Shown: positions 1 to 9,801, counted from the stretch's first letter. The stretch: 64,000 bases of DNA from Nitrospirota bacterium (GCA_963840455.1 CAWIYV010000001.1:96001-160000); one strand, 5' to 3'. Numbers and translations: made by a program. Notes: generated from the sequence alone by a model not told the origin.

Positions 1-53
1 AAACATGAGCCAAATTGTCAGATACCATAAAATATTGAACATACACGTTTCCC

Positions 54-82
54 TTGACAAACTCCTCCAATGACGATACTAT
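54..82 (+). promoter_or_regulatory. sigma70-type promoter
   Basis: TTGACA-17 nt-TACTAT upstream of the receiver gene. Confidence 0.6.
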
Positions 83-107
83 TTTCAATGAAAAGAGGGA
101 CATGACT

Positions 108-479
108 ATGGACACTAAAAAGATATTGATCGCCGACGATAACCAGAACATCCGAGACGCCCTTACGTATCTCCTCGAGGATGAAGGATATGAGCTCCTT
201 CTCGCCAAGGACGGCGCCGAGACGCTGCGGAAGGTCCGCGATCTCCGGCCCGATATCCTTTTCCTGGACATCATGATGCCGGAGATCAACGGTTATGATG
301 TATGCCGGACCATCAAGGCCGACCCCCTGTTGAAGGACACGTATGTCATCATGCTGACGGCCAAAGGGCAGGTCGCGGAGCAGGAGCGCGGGAAGGAAGT
401 CGGCGCCAACGAGTACATCGTAAAGCCGTTCAGCCCCATGGAGATCCTCGCCAAAGTAAAGAGTATCTTCCGCAATTGA
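108..479 (+). CDS. single-domain response regulator (receiver)
   Basis: ILIADD, FLDIMMP, MLTA and KPF receiver motifs; SD AGAGGGA before ATG 108. Confidence 0.9.
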   Translation: MDTKKILIADDNQNIRDALTYLLEDEGYELLLAKDGAETLRKVRDLRPDILFLDIMMPEINGYDVCRTIKADPLLKDTYVIMLTAKGQVAEQERGKEVGANEYIVKPFSPMEILAKVKSIFRN

Positions 480-486
480 CCTCCCT

Positions 487-1161
487 ATGCTCAATGACGG
501 CATTGCACTGAAGGCCCGCGAGGCGTTCGAGAAAGGTTCCGCCCTGGCAGAGCAGGGGAACCATGAGCAGGCCATCATCGAGCTGAAGAGCGCCGAGGTT
601 CTGTTCCGCCAGATCGATGTCAAGGGCCACCCCTTCACCATTCCCCTGGCGAATGGAGTTTCGGGTCTGGCGAACACCCTCGTCCTTATCGGTCTCTCTC
701 ATCAGAAGCTGGGCAACTATCAAAAGGCTGTCCAGTACCTCGAGTCCAGTTTCATCAATTCCAAGTTCGAAAAAGCGCATCATTTTACAAAATTCGCCGA
801 AATCATCAACGAGAACCTCCTCGCCAGTTATGATAAGATGCTGTCCCTGCACCTGTTGGACAGGACTGAGGACATTCTTGAGGGCGCTCCCGAGATCAAC
901 ACGGCCTTTCAGTTCCCCTTTTCGCTGAACAAGGATGCGATCATTCTTGCCAGGCTCTACGAACTCTCCCCGGAGCGATACAGGAGCCACCAGAACTTCT
1001 ATCGTAGGGCAAAAGAGAAGGACAGCGAGATCAGAAAACGCGAAAAGAAGTCCGACGAGGCAAGCATGAGAAAGCTCAGCTTCCTCATCTGGAGCATTCT
1101 CATCATCATCTGGGCCGTTTACGGAACGGTCGTGATCGATGCCCTATTGATCCAGAAATAA
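487..1161 (+). CDS. TPR-like helical-repeat protein with C-terminal membrane anchor
   Basis: TPR-like segments (LIGLSHQKLGNYQKAVQYLE) and a hydrophobic C-terminal helix. Confidence 0.6.
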   Translation: MLNDGIALKAREAFEKGSALAEQGNHEQAIIELKSAEVLFRQIDVKGHPFTIPLANGVSGLANTLVLIGLSHQKLGNYQKAVQYLESSFINSKFEKAHHFTKFAEIINENLLASYDKMLSLHLLDRTEDILEGAPEINTAFQFPFSLNKDAIILARLYELSPERYRSHQNFYRRAKEKDSEIRKREKKSDEASMRKLSFLIWSILIIIWAVYGTVVIDALLIQK

Positions 1162-1177
1162 TACCGCGGAGGTGCTG

Positions 1178-2341
1178 ATGAACCCTGAAGAGATAAAAAA
1201 ACATTCCTCTGAACTGATGGCAATGCTCATCAACGGCGCCATCGGGCTCAACACGGTCCAGGGCATCGAACTCGGTTTTTTTGATTGGATACCGCTGAAC
1301 AAATCCATCTCCGCCCAGGAACTGTCAGGACAGCTGGGATATGACATCACGAAGGTCGAACGCTGGCTGCGCTTCGCGCTCACCTACGGATATATCAACA
1401 GATCGGGAAACGGTTATTCATTGACAACCAAGGGATCGCTCCTGCGACGGGGCACTCCCAGCCCCGACCTGCTCGGACTGCACCACATGTTCAGTTATTT
1501 TACCAAGGCCGTTCAGTATTCCAAGGACGCTTATCAAAAAGGCGTCGGCCTTGACAGCATCACGCAGGGCAAGATCAGCCGTGATTATATTCCCCGTGTC
1601 GCTTCCCACCTTTCCAAGGCCTCAGCGGAGTTCTTCAAGTGGTCTGGACTTTCGACCGGCCACACCATCCTCGATCTCGGCTGTGGAGACGGATCAGTGC
1701 TCCGGGAGATCGTAAAAACCTGTCCCGGTGTCAGCGCAACGGGGATCGACATGAACGTCCATACCATTGAGCAGGGGAAGCGCAAGGACTCGGAAGCAGG
1801 TCTTCAGGACCAGATCGATCTTCAGGTCGGCGACGTTACGGATATGTCGCGCTTGCCGGACAATGCGTTCGATTGGGTGTATGCGTTCAACGTGTTCCAT
1901 TTCCTTCCCATCGTAAAGCGCGAGAAATTCATTCGGGACATGATCCGGATCTCCCGGTACGGGATCTTCTTTAATCAGGTGGTTGCGAACAATATCCAGA
2001 CCATCTCCGTGGATGTACTGCTGGCGACACTGTTCACGGATTTCACCGGATTCTTCACCGAGGCTGAAGCCGACGACCTGATCAGGAAGGTCAGCGCCCA
2101 GCATCATACGTTCATGCCGGTCATCCAGGGAGAATCGCGGCTGGTGGTCATCTATACCTCCAGGAACGATATTCCACTGCACCGTATCATGAGCTTTCCG
2201 GAGGCCGACTCATTGAAGCTGGCAACTGCGAACATCAAAACGGCAAAGGAGCTTCTTACATCCGAACTGCAATCGCTTTCGGGGCTCACGCTTAACCCTG
2301 ATGCGTTGCGCAAATTCGCGATCAAAGCACTGTTCCCCTGA
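1178..2341 (+). CDS. class I SAM-dependent methyltransferase with N-terminal winged helix and possible C-terminal HhH-like domain
   Basis: ILDLGCGDG motif I, GID, GDV and FD motifs; N-terminal ISAQELSGQLG wHTH; SD GGAGG favours ATG 1178 (GTG 1172 is the alternative). Confidence 0.8.
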   Translation: MNPEEIKKHSSELMAMLINGAIGLNTVQGIELGFFDWIPLNKSISAQELSGQLGYDITKVERWLRFALTYGYINRSGNGYSLTTKGSLLRRGTPSPDLLGLHHMFSYFTKAVQYSKDAYQKGVGLDSITQGKISRDYIPRVASHLSKASAEFFKWSGLSTGHTILDLGCGDGSVLREIVKTCPGVSATGIDMNVHTIEQGKRKDSEAGLQDQIDLQVGDVTDMSRLPDNAFDWVYAFNVFHFLPIVKREKFIRDMIRISRYGIFFNQVVANNIQTISVDVLLATLFTDFTGFFTEAEADDLIRKVSAQHHTFMPVIQGESRLVVIYTSRNDIPLHRIMSFPEADSLKLATANIKTAKELLTSELQSLSGLTLNPDALRKFAIKALFP

Positions 2342-2356
2342 TACGAGTGTAAACCC

Positions 2357-4174
2357 ATGGAACTCAATGTCTCAAAGAAGATCATTTACAGCGAACTGGT
2401 CATTATCGCTGTTATTTTTTCCACCTTGATCCCCTATATCCTGGTGAGCATGCAGTTCTCGACCACCCACCTTTTCCACTACCTCTTTATCACAATAGTC
2501 ATTCTTGCGCCGATCGGCATCTTTTCAGCGTACTATTTCATGGAACGATGGGAATGCCGGCCTATTGAAATGCTTTCGTTCTACTTGAAACGCGGGCTGA
2601 ACCCGCCCGATGATGTCATGTCCGAAGCACGAACAAGGGCGCTGAACCTGCCTATTGTCCACGCCGCTACGGTCCTCATTCGTTATGAGCTTGTGACCCT
2701 CTTCGACTGCCTGTATATGGGGACGATAGGCGGACTTCCGCTGAAAGAGAACATCAAGCTCGGATTGTATGCCGGTATCGGGCTCGCATTCTTCCCCATC
2801 TTCTCATTCTTCCTGACGGAGCGTCTTTTGTACCCCGTTCGCCAGTTCCTCGCGGAGAAGACCAGGAACATCGTCATTGATGAGTCCAAGGTAATCCACA
2901 TCAATACGCGTACACGGCTCGTGTCCATTCTCCTGGCTACCGTTACGGCCCCCCTGGTTGCTTTGGGTGTCCTGATGTACCGGCGGGTCGGCATGGAGCT
3001 CAGCTCCATGCTGTCCGCGTTCTCACCGAACCAGCCGGTGATGGACCAGCTCTTCAATCTGATCTTCCTGGTCACCGTCACCACGCTTATTCTGACCTCG
3101 GGCATCGGCGTCCTGCTCGCTACCAGCATCTCGAACCCGCTCGGTCACATGGTCAGCGTCATACGGCGCCTGGAAAAGGGCGACCTTAATGCCCGTTCCA
3201 ACCTTATTTCGAACGACGAGATCGGCGTATTGTCCCAAAGTTTCGACAAAATGGCGCAGGAGATCGAGAAGAACCGGGTCGAACTGGAGGACCTGAACCG
3301 GAACCTCGAGTTCCGCGTTGCCGAAAAGACTGAGAACCTGACCAAAGCCTACGAGCGGCTCCAGCTCTCGAACCAGAACCTCGCTGTCGCGAACCGCGAG
3401 CTCGAGCTTGCGAACAAAAAACTGAAGGAGCTCGATCAGCTCAAATCAGACTTCATCTCGGTCGTATCCCATGAATTGAGGACGCCGCTCACTTCCATCA
3501 AGGCGTTCACCGAGCTGATCCTCATCAAGCCCCGCATGACCGCCGAGAAGCGGAGCCGGTTCCTATCCATCATCAACAACGAAACGGACCGCCTCGCCCG
3601 ACTGATCAACGACATCCTAGACCTCACCAAGATCGAAGCGGGCAAGCTGAGCTGGCACGTAACCCAGGTCTCACTCCCCGAGGTCATCAGGACCTCGGTG
3701 ACCAACATCCAGTCCCTTGCCGATAATAAGAGCCTTGTCATGCAACTGAACATTCCTGACCCCCTGCCCCGCCTCTACGGTGATCGGGACCGTCTCGTAC
3801 AGGTCATTACCAATATTCTCTCTAATGCGATCAAGTTCACGCCCGACGGAGGAAGTATCTCGATCGAGACCTCGTACGAGGAACAGCCTCGAAAGCAGAT
3901 CATGGTGCATATCACGGACACCGGCGTCGGCATCCCTCACAAGCACCTGGACACCATCTTCGAGAAGTTCCGACGATCCGGAGACGCGTTGACCAATGTT
4001 AATGAAGGAACCGGCCTCGGTCTTGCCATTACTAAGCAGATCGTAGAATACCACGGCGGCCGGATCTGGGCAGAGAGCACTCCTGGCAGCGGGTCAACAT
4101 TCTCCTTCACTCTCCCGCTGGATAAGGTCTGGAAGATCGAGGGTGATCACCTGATGACCGCGATGGACCTGTGA
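2357..4174 (+). CDS. sensor histidine kinase (about 6 TM helices, HAMP, HisKA, HATPase)
   Basis: VSHELRTPL H-box, NILSNAIKF N-box, DTGVGI and GTGLGL; HAMP DEIGVLSQSFDKM. Confidence 0.93.
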   Translation: MELNVSKKIIYSELVIIAVIFSTLIPYILVSMQFSTTHLFHYLFITIVILAPIGIFSAYYFMERWECRPIEMLSFYLKRGLNPPDDVMSEARTRALNLPIVHAATVLIRYELVTLFDCLYMGTIGGLPLKENIKLGLYAGIGLAFFPIFSFFLTERLLYPVRQFLAEKTRNIVIDESKVIHINTRTRLVSILLATVTAPLVALGVLMYRRVGMELSSMLSAFSPNQPVMDQLFNLIFLVTVTTLILTSGIGVLLATSISNPLGHMVSVIRRLEKGDLNARSNLISNDEIGVLSQSFDKMAQEIEKNRVELEDLNRNLEFRVAEKTENLTKAYERLQLSNQNLAVANRELELANKKLKELDQLKSDFISVVSHELRTPLTSIKAFTELILIKPRMTAEKRSRFLSIINNETDRLARLINDILDLTKIEAGKLSWHVTQVSLPEVIRTSVTNIQSLADNKSLVMQLNIPDPLPRLYGDRDRLVQVITNILSNAIKFTPDGGSISIETSYEEQPRKQIMVHITDTGVGIPHKHLDTIFEKFRRSGDALTNVNEGTGLGLAITKQIVEYHGGRIWAESTPGSGSTFSFTLPLDKVWKIEGDHLMTAMDL

Positions 4175-4281
4175 ACTCTCCCGCCCTTGACGCTTGCTCG
4201 TCGTTTTGCCTGATCGACCTCGCACCTTCAGTGGCCCAATAATAGTGCCCGTTCGTATCGAACGTTCTCCGGAGGCTGTCT

Positions 4282-5538
4282 GTGAAGCGATTGATCCATT
4301 GGCTTGCCGCTGCCCTGCTTCTTCTGTTCATCCTGTCACCGGAATCCTATGCTGCCGGCTTCCGGCTCCCCGACCAGAGCGCATCGGCCATGGGAATGGC
4401 GGGCGCCTTCGTCGGGCAGGCCGACGATGCCTCTGCGGCGTGGTACAATCCCGCCGGGATGACCCAGCTGGCGGGAACTCAGGTCGCTGGCGGGATGATC
4501 GCGATTTACCCCTCGCTCACTCATGAGACAGCATCCGGGCAAACCGATGTCGCGGAGCGGCAGTTCCATTTTCCTGCCCATTTTTACGCGACTCATTCCC
4601 TGAACGACAGGACCGCCATCGGCATATCGATCAATAATCCCTTCGGGCTCTCCACGGACTGGAGCGACACGAGTGCAACACGCTACGTCGCAACCTTTTC
4701 CAACATCGTTACGACCGCAATAAACCCCAGCCTTGCATTCCAGGCAACACCCGATCTCTCTCTTGCTTTTGGTCTGACGTATGTCTCCATGCGGGCAACC
4801 ATGGAGAAATTGGCGAACTTCGGTCCCGCCGGTCAGTATGATTCGCGCCTCGCCGGGGACGGTGATGGCTGGGGAGCAAATCTTGCCGCACTTTACAAGG
4901 TCTCAGAGGCTATGCACATCGGGCTCACCTACCGAAGCAGGATCAAGGTCGATCTTGACGGCACCGCCAGTCTGACGGGAGCAGGACCCCTGGCCTCATC
5001 AGCCCCCGGTTCGTCGAGCATAACCCTCCCTGACCTCATCGATCTTGGCATTTCCTACAAAGTATCAGAGAAATTGCGCCTGAACGCGGATATCGACTAT
5101 ACGATGTGGTCGACCTACGACCGCCTCGTCGTCACATCGAATACCATTCTTCAGATTACAACACTTTTGGGTAGTCCAACGGACACGCAGACGTCGGAGA
5201 AACAGTGGAAGGACGTCTGGTGTCTGAGGTTCGGCGCGCAGTACACGCTGTCGGAGCAGTGGAAGCTACGGGGAGGGCTCGTCTATGATCAAAACCCCAT
5301 GCCGGATTCCCACTTCGAGACATCCGATCCTGACTCGGACAGGATAGGCGTCACTGCGGGATTCGGCTATTCGGCCGGCAGGATGACCGTCGATGCGTCC
5401 TACATGTATCTCAAGTTCCTGAACAGGACCATCAGCAACAGCCAGATGGACGACCAGACGCCGGATCCCTCTGTACTGAACGGCACCTACCGCTCCCAGG
5501 CGCATTTGTTCGCCCTTACCGTCGGTTATCGATTCTAA
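4282..5538 (+). CDS. FadL/OmpP1/TodX outer-membrane long-chain fatty acid/hydrocarbon channel
   Basis: signal peptide, then AGF...GMAGA...DDASAAWYNPAGM FadL signature; C-terminal YRF. Confidence 0.9.
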   Translation: MKRLIHWLAAALLLLFILSPESYAAGFRLPDQSASAMGMAGAFVGQADDASAAWYNPAGMTQLAGTQVAGGMIAIYPSLTHETASGQTDVAERQFHFPAHFYATHSLNDRTAIGISINNPFGLSTDWSDTSATRYVATFSNIVTTAINPSLAFQATPDLSLAFGLTYVSMRATMEKLANFGPAGQYDSRLAGDGDGWGANLAALYKVSEAMHIGLTYRSRIKVDLDGTASLTGAGPLASSAPGSSSITLPDLIDLGISYKVSEKLRLNADIDYTMWSTYDRLVVTSNTILQITTLLGSPTDTQTSEKQWKDVWCLRFGAQYTLSEQWKLRGGLVYDQNPMPDSHFETSDPDSDRIGVTAGFGYSAGRMTVDASYMYLKFLNRTISNSQMDDQTPDPSVLNGTYRSQAHLFALTVGYRF

Positions 5539-5653
5539 CAGCGATCCGAAAGCAGGCAGCGGGACCGCGTCCGACGCTGCTGGTACAGAAACGACCTTCC
5601 CGAACGGCAGGCATATTGAAAGACCCGCGTGTCCCGCGTTCCGCGTTATGCCC

Positions 5654-5683
5654 TTGACATCACTCATGTTTTGGAAGTAAAGT
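5654..5683 (+). promoter_or_regulatory. sigma70-type promoter directly before ATG 5689
   Basis: TTGACA-18 nt-TAAAGT. Confidence 0.45.
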
Positions 5684-5688
5684 AGCCC

Positions 5689-7950
5689 ATGCCACGCCTG
5701 CTCCGGACCCTCCAGGAACACGGGCTTCTTACTCCAGCCCGCATTATATTCCTCTTCCTGGTCATACTCTCCCTCATCATCATTCTCGGACAATTCTTTC
5801 ACCAATCGCTCCAGGATGCGATGGCGGAACAGTTCAACAAGCAGCAGCTCCTCCTCGCCCAACAGGTCGCCATCAACGTGGAAGGTTTCCTCGACCACGC
5901 GTACAAGGACATCAGCATCATTTCGCGCCTTCCCGACATCCTGCGCATCGGCCGGAGCCCCCAGGCTCGTTCAGTGGTGCAGGGCATCCACTACCATATC
6001 GAGGGCGACATTCTCGTGACTCTCCAGGTCCTGGACCGCACAGGCACGATCCTGTACGACAGCGGCAATCCAAGCCGCGAGGGCGCCAGCGTCGCGGACA
6101 CGAAGTACTTCCACCGGGCGACCACGCTGCGCCGGAACGAGCACCTCGTCACGGACCTCATGAACATAACCGGAGACCGTTCCGATCCCAAGCAGTTCGC
6201 CATGGCCGTCCCGATCTTTCAGACGATGGCAGGATCGAAGGAGATTCGGTTCAGTGGTGCTGTCCTCGCGGTCCTCTCCGTGAACGGCATCACCCAGAAA
6301 TACCTCTTGCCCGTCAAATCCGGCACCCGGGGCTACGCATGGATGATGGACAGCGACGGAACGCTTCTCTACCATCCCACGCAGCCGCAGATGGTCGGGA
6401 AGAACCTTTTCCAGACGGACCGTTCCTGCTTTCAATGCCATCGCTCGTTCAACGCGGAAAAACGGATGATCGAGGGGAAGGCCGAGACCTTCGGCTACTA
6501 TGAAGCGCCGGGAGGCGAGAACAAGCTCGCCGCTTACTACAAGTTCCCGGTCGGGGTCCGCTCCTGGTTCGTTGTTGTGTCCGCTCCCTACTCCGACGTC
6601 ATCGCCCTGATGAGCAGAAGCCGCTTCCTCTATTCATCCCTGATCATCTCTGTTTTCATCGTCACGCTGGCGGCTGCCGGCGTCCTGATCATCATCAATC
6701 GCCAGAAGATCATGGCCGAGGAGAAGGCAACTCACCTCGAAAACCAGCGGCGGCTGGAGCAGGAGATCGTCGTCGCCAAGAACTATCTGGAGAACATCAT
6801 CGAGAACACGAAGACGAACCTCATCGTCCTGGACCGCGACCTCAATGTGAAGACCGTCAATACGGCCCAGGCCATAACGCTCGGCAGGCCCAAAGAGGAC
6901 ATCCTCGGCCGCCACTTCTTCAGCTTCTTCCCGGACAATCTGCGCCCCTATGACGGGATCCCCATCGAGACGCTCCTGCACAAGACCCTGTCCGCAGGCA
7001 ACAGTTACGATGTCAAGGAGTACCAGGTGACGGGCCTTCAGCGTGAGCCGATCTACCTGGACATGATCGTGAGCCCTCTGCTCATCGCCGGCAGGGTGGA
7101 TGGCATTGTCATCACCAGCAGTGACGTGACGAAACGCGTGCTGCTCGAGGAGGCGCTCAAGAAGTACACCACCGAGCTCGAGGACCGCGTCGCACGGGAG
7201 GTGGAGCATCACCGCCGGCTCGAGCAGCAGGTGATCCACTCCGAAAAGCTCGCCGCGCTCGGCCGTCTCGCCGCAGGCGTCGCCCATGAGATCGGCAACC
7301 CCCTCACGTCCATCTCGACCTTCGCCCAGCTCCTCCGGGAAATGGCAACGGACGAATTCGCCCAGAGCAGTCTCGATATCATCAATACCCACATCCAGCG
7401 CATCACTGAGATCGTGCGCCAGATGTCCGCTTTTTCCCGCCCCGGCGAGGCGAACATCAGGCTGCACCAGGTCAACGACATCCTCACAGCATCGCTCGAC
7501 CTCATGAAGTTCGACAAGCGCATGAAAAGCACCATCGATATCAAGATCAACCTCGACCAGGATATCCCGAAGACCATGATCGATGAAGGCCAGATCGCCC
7601 AGGTCTTCATCAACATCATCCTGAACGCTCTGGACGCCATGCCAGAAGGTGGTAGGCTGACGGTAACAAGCCATCACGGCCTGAACAGCCAGGGCCTTGA
7701 CACGATCTTCATCGATTTCGCCGATACGGGAACCGGCATCCCTCCGTCCGATGTGGAGAGGATCTTTGATCCTTTCTATACGACCAAGGAGGCGGGCAAA
7801 GGAACCGGGCTCGGCCTTTCGGTCAGCTACAACATCGTGAAACGGTTCAAGGGGGACATTAAGGTCGCCAGCCAGCTCGGCAAAGGGACCACGTTCACCA
7901 TCACACTGCCGGTCCTGATCGAGCCGCGCAAGGAGCCCTCGCATGGATAA
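5689..7950 (+). CDS. sensor histidine kinase with periplasmic Cache domain containing a CxxCH heme-c motif, PAS, HisKA, HATPase
   Basis: two TM helices flank a Cache-like region (GYAWMMDSDGTLLYHP) with CFQCH; AHEIGNPL H-box; FDPFYTTK...GTGLGL. Confidence 0.9.
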   Translation: MPRLLRTLQEHGLLTPARIIFLFLVILSLIIILGQFFHQSLQDAMAEQFNKQQLLLAQQVAINVEGFLDHAYKDISIISRLPDILRIGRSPQARSVVQGIHYHIEGDILVTLQVLDRTGTILYDSGNPSREGASVADTKYFHRATTLRRNEHLVTDLMNITGDRSDPKQFAMAVPIFQTMAGSKEIRFSGAVLAVLSVNGITQKYLLPVKSGTRGYAWMMDSDGTLLYHPTQPQMVGKNLFQTDRSCFQCHRSFNAEKRMIEGKAETFGYYEAPGGENKLAAYYKFPVGVRSWFVVVSAPYSDVIALMSRSRFLYSSLIISVFIVTLAAAGVLIIINRQKIMAEEKATHLENQRRLEQEIVVAKNYLENIIENTKTNLIVLDRDLNVKTVNTAQAITLGRPKEDILGRHFFSFFPDNLRPYDGIPIETLLHKTLSAGNSYDVKEYQVTGLQREPIYLDMIVSPLLIAGRVDGIVITSSDVTKRVLLEEALKKYTTELEDRVAREVEHHRRLEQQVIHSEKLAALGRLAAGVAHEIGNPLTSISTFAQLLREMATDEFAQSSLDIINTHIQRITEIVRQMSAFSRPGEANIRLHQVNDILTASLDLMKFDKRMKSTIDIKINLDQDIPKTMIDEGQIAQVFINIILNALDAMPEGGRLTVTSHHGLNSQGLDTIFIDFADTGTGIPPSDVERIFDPFYTTKEAGKGTGLGLSVSYNIVKRFKGDIKVASQLGKGTTFTITLPVLIEPRKEPSHG

Positions 7951-9301
7951 GACGAACATCCTGGTCGTTGACGACGAAAAGGACATCTGCCGTGCGCTGA
8001 ACATCATCCTGTCCAAGGAAGGGTACGCAGTGACCGAAGCGTACAACGGCGAACAGGCCGTGGATCTCCTGAAGAAGCTGACCTTCGATATCATCATGAC
8101 CGACATCAAGATGGACAAGATGGACGGGTTCGAGGTCCTCAAACAGGCCCAGTCCCTCGCCCCGGGTTCGTCGGTCGTTATGATGACCGCCTTCGCGTCG
8201 GTGGGGTCCGCTGTGGAGGCCATGCGGAAGGGAGCCGCAGACTACATCACCAAGCCGTTCATCAACGATGATATCCGCCTCACCATCAAGCGCATTGTCG
8301 AAAGCCGCGAGCTCCAGATGGAGAACCAGATCCTGCGGCAGGAGCTGAGCCAGCGGTGCATATCCTTCAAAAACATCATCGGCACTTCCGATGCAATCCA
8401 AAAGGTCTTCTCGGTCATGGAGAAGGTCATCCCGAGCAAAGCTAACATCCTCATCACCGGCGAGAGCGGGACCGGCAAGGGTCTCGTCGCCCAGGCCATC
8501 CACGAGTCGGGCCCCCGCATGGACAAGCCGTTCATCTCCATCAACTGCGGCGCCATCCCCGAAAACCTTCTCGAGAGCGAGCTCTTCGGTCACAAGAAGG
8601 GCTCGTTCACCTCGGCCATCGAAGACAAGAAAGGCCTCATTACCATGGCAAACAGCGGCACCCTCTTCCTCGACGAGGTCGGAGAACTTCCTTCTTCCCT
8701 CCAGGTGAAACTGCTCAATGTCATCCAGAACAAAGAGCTGACCCCTGTTGGTGATACCCGGGTCATCGCCGTGGACATTCGGGTCATTGCGGCGACCAAC
8801 GCAGACCTCATGCAGCGGGTAAAGGACGGCCGTTTCCGCGAGGACCTGTTCTACCGTTTAAACGTCATCGAGATCAGGATCCCGTCGCTCCGGGAACGCA
8901 AGGACGACATCCCGCTCCTGATCAAGCACTATCTCCAGGTGTTCAACGACGAGGCTGGGAAGAAGATCAAGGACATCGATTATGAGGCGATGCAAGCGAT
9001 GCTCGCTTATGATTGGCCGGGCAATATCCGGGAGCTGCGGAACACGCTGGAGCGGGCCGTGGTGCTCGCCGAGGGCGACATCGTCACGCTGCACGACCTG
9101 CCGGACAAGTTCAGGTCACTGGACCTGGAGGGCATCGCCACTTCGTCGCTGAGACAGGCGCTGGACGATTACGAGAGGGAATATATTCGCAGGAGCCTTT
9201 CGGAGAACAGGGGCAATAAAGAAGCGACAGCAACGCGGCTGGGCATCGACCTGGCCACACTGTACCGCAAATTGAAGAAGCTCAGGATCGATGCGGCATG
9301 A
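7943..9301 (+). CDS. sigma54-dependent response regulator (NtrC family)
   Basis: receiver, GESGTGK, ELFGHKKGSFTSA (GAFTGA variant), FLDEVGE, WPGNIREL, Fis-type HTH; overlaps the kinase stop. Confidence 0.93.
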   Translation: MDKTNILVVDDEKDICRALNIILSKEGYAVTEAYNGEQAVDLLKKLTFDIIMTDIKMDKMDGFEVLKQAQSLAPGSSVVMMTAFASVGSAVEAMRKGAADYITKPFINDDIRLTIKRIVESRELQMENQILRQELSQRCISFKNIIGTSDAIQKVFSVMEKVIPSKANILITGESGTGKGLVAQAIHESGPRMDKPFISINCGAIPENLLESELFGHKKGSFTSAIEDKKGLITMANSGTLFLDEVGELPSSLQVKLLNVIQNKELTPVGDTRVIAVDIRVIAATNADLMQRVKDGRFREDLFYRLNVIEIRIPSLRERKDDIPLLIKHYLQVFNDEAGKKIKDIDYEAMQAMLAYDWPGNIRELRNTLERAVVLAEGDIVTLHDLPDKFRSLDLEGIATSSLRQALDDYEREYIRRSLSENRGNKEATATRLGIDLATLYRKLKKLRIDAA

Positions 9302-9389
9302 GCGGCGGGAACGCCTTGCGAAACGGCTTTAGTCAATTAGACATGAACTTCCACACAAACTGGTGAAAAATACTCAAGCAAGACAAATC

Positions 9390-9461
9390 TTTGACAGAAC
9401 AACAGGATTGACCGAATTTTTTTAAACCTTGATCCGCCTTTATCCGGGAAATCCCGTCAAA
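9390..9461. repeat. imperfect inverted repeat between convergent genes
   Basis: TTTGACAG...ACAGGATT versus ATCC...CCGTCAAA arms. Confidence 0.35.
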
Positions 9462-9489
9462 AGAACTCTTTCATTCCGCCTCGTCCGGG

Positions 9490-9759
9490 TCAGGGAATGA
9501 GGTCCTTCTTTTCCTCCTTCGGCACTTCAAAGGTCTGTGTCTTCTCTTCCTGAGGCACCTCGAAGGTGTCCGACCACTGCCGGTTGCTCCCCTCGTCGAG
9601 CCTGACCTCGGTCACACTCGACGCCGGCAGCGATACGTACTGGAGCCGGCTCTTGATATAGACCTCGGTGTCGGACACCTCGACCAGCGTGCCCCGGTAG
9701 GACGTCCCATTCGCAATGACCTCGACCTCCTTGCCGATCATTTCCACGATGTCAGGCAT
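9490..9759 (-). CDS. small Sm/LSM-like beta-barrel protein with duplicated acidic tail
   Basis: MIGKEVEV..NG..YRGTL..V pattern resembles the Sm1 motif; SD AAGGAG. Confidence 0.55.
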   Translation of the reverse strand: MPDIVEMIGKEVEVIANGTSYRGTLVEVSDTEVYIKSRLQYVSLPASSVTEVRLDEGSNRQWSDTFEVPQEEKTQTFEVPKEEKKDLIP

Positions 9760-9801
9760 GTTTGCTCTCCTTTCCCATCATCGGTTTGCTGTCCTCCGAG
9801 A

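Noticed and set aside
6634-8223. Long antisense ORFs (e.g. 6634..8223, 15456..16775, 40090..41580, 46784..48076, 54237..55451)
   Set aside because: These are shadows of well-supported genes on the opposite strand, expected in GC-rich DNA, with no motifs of their own.
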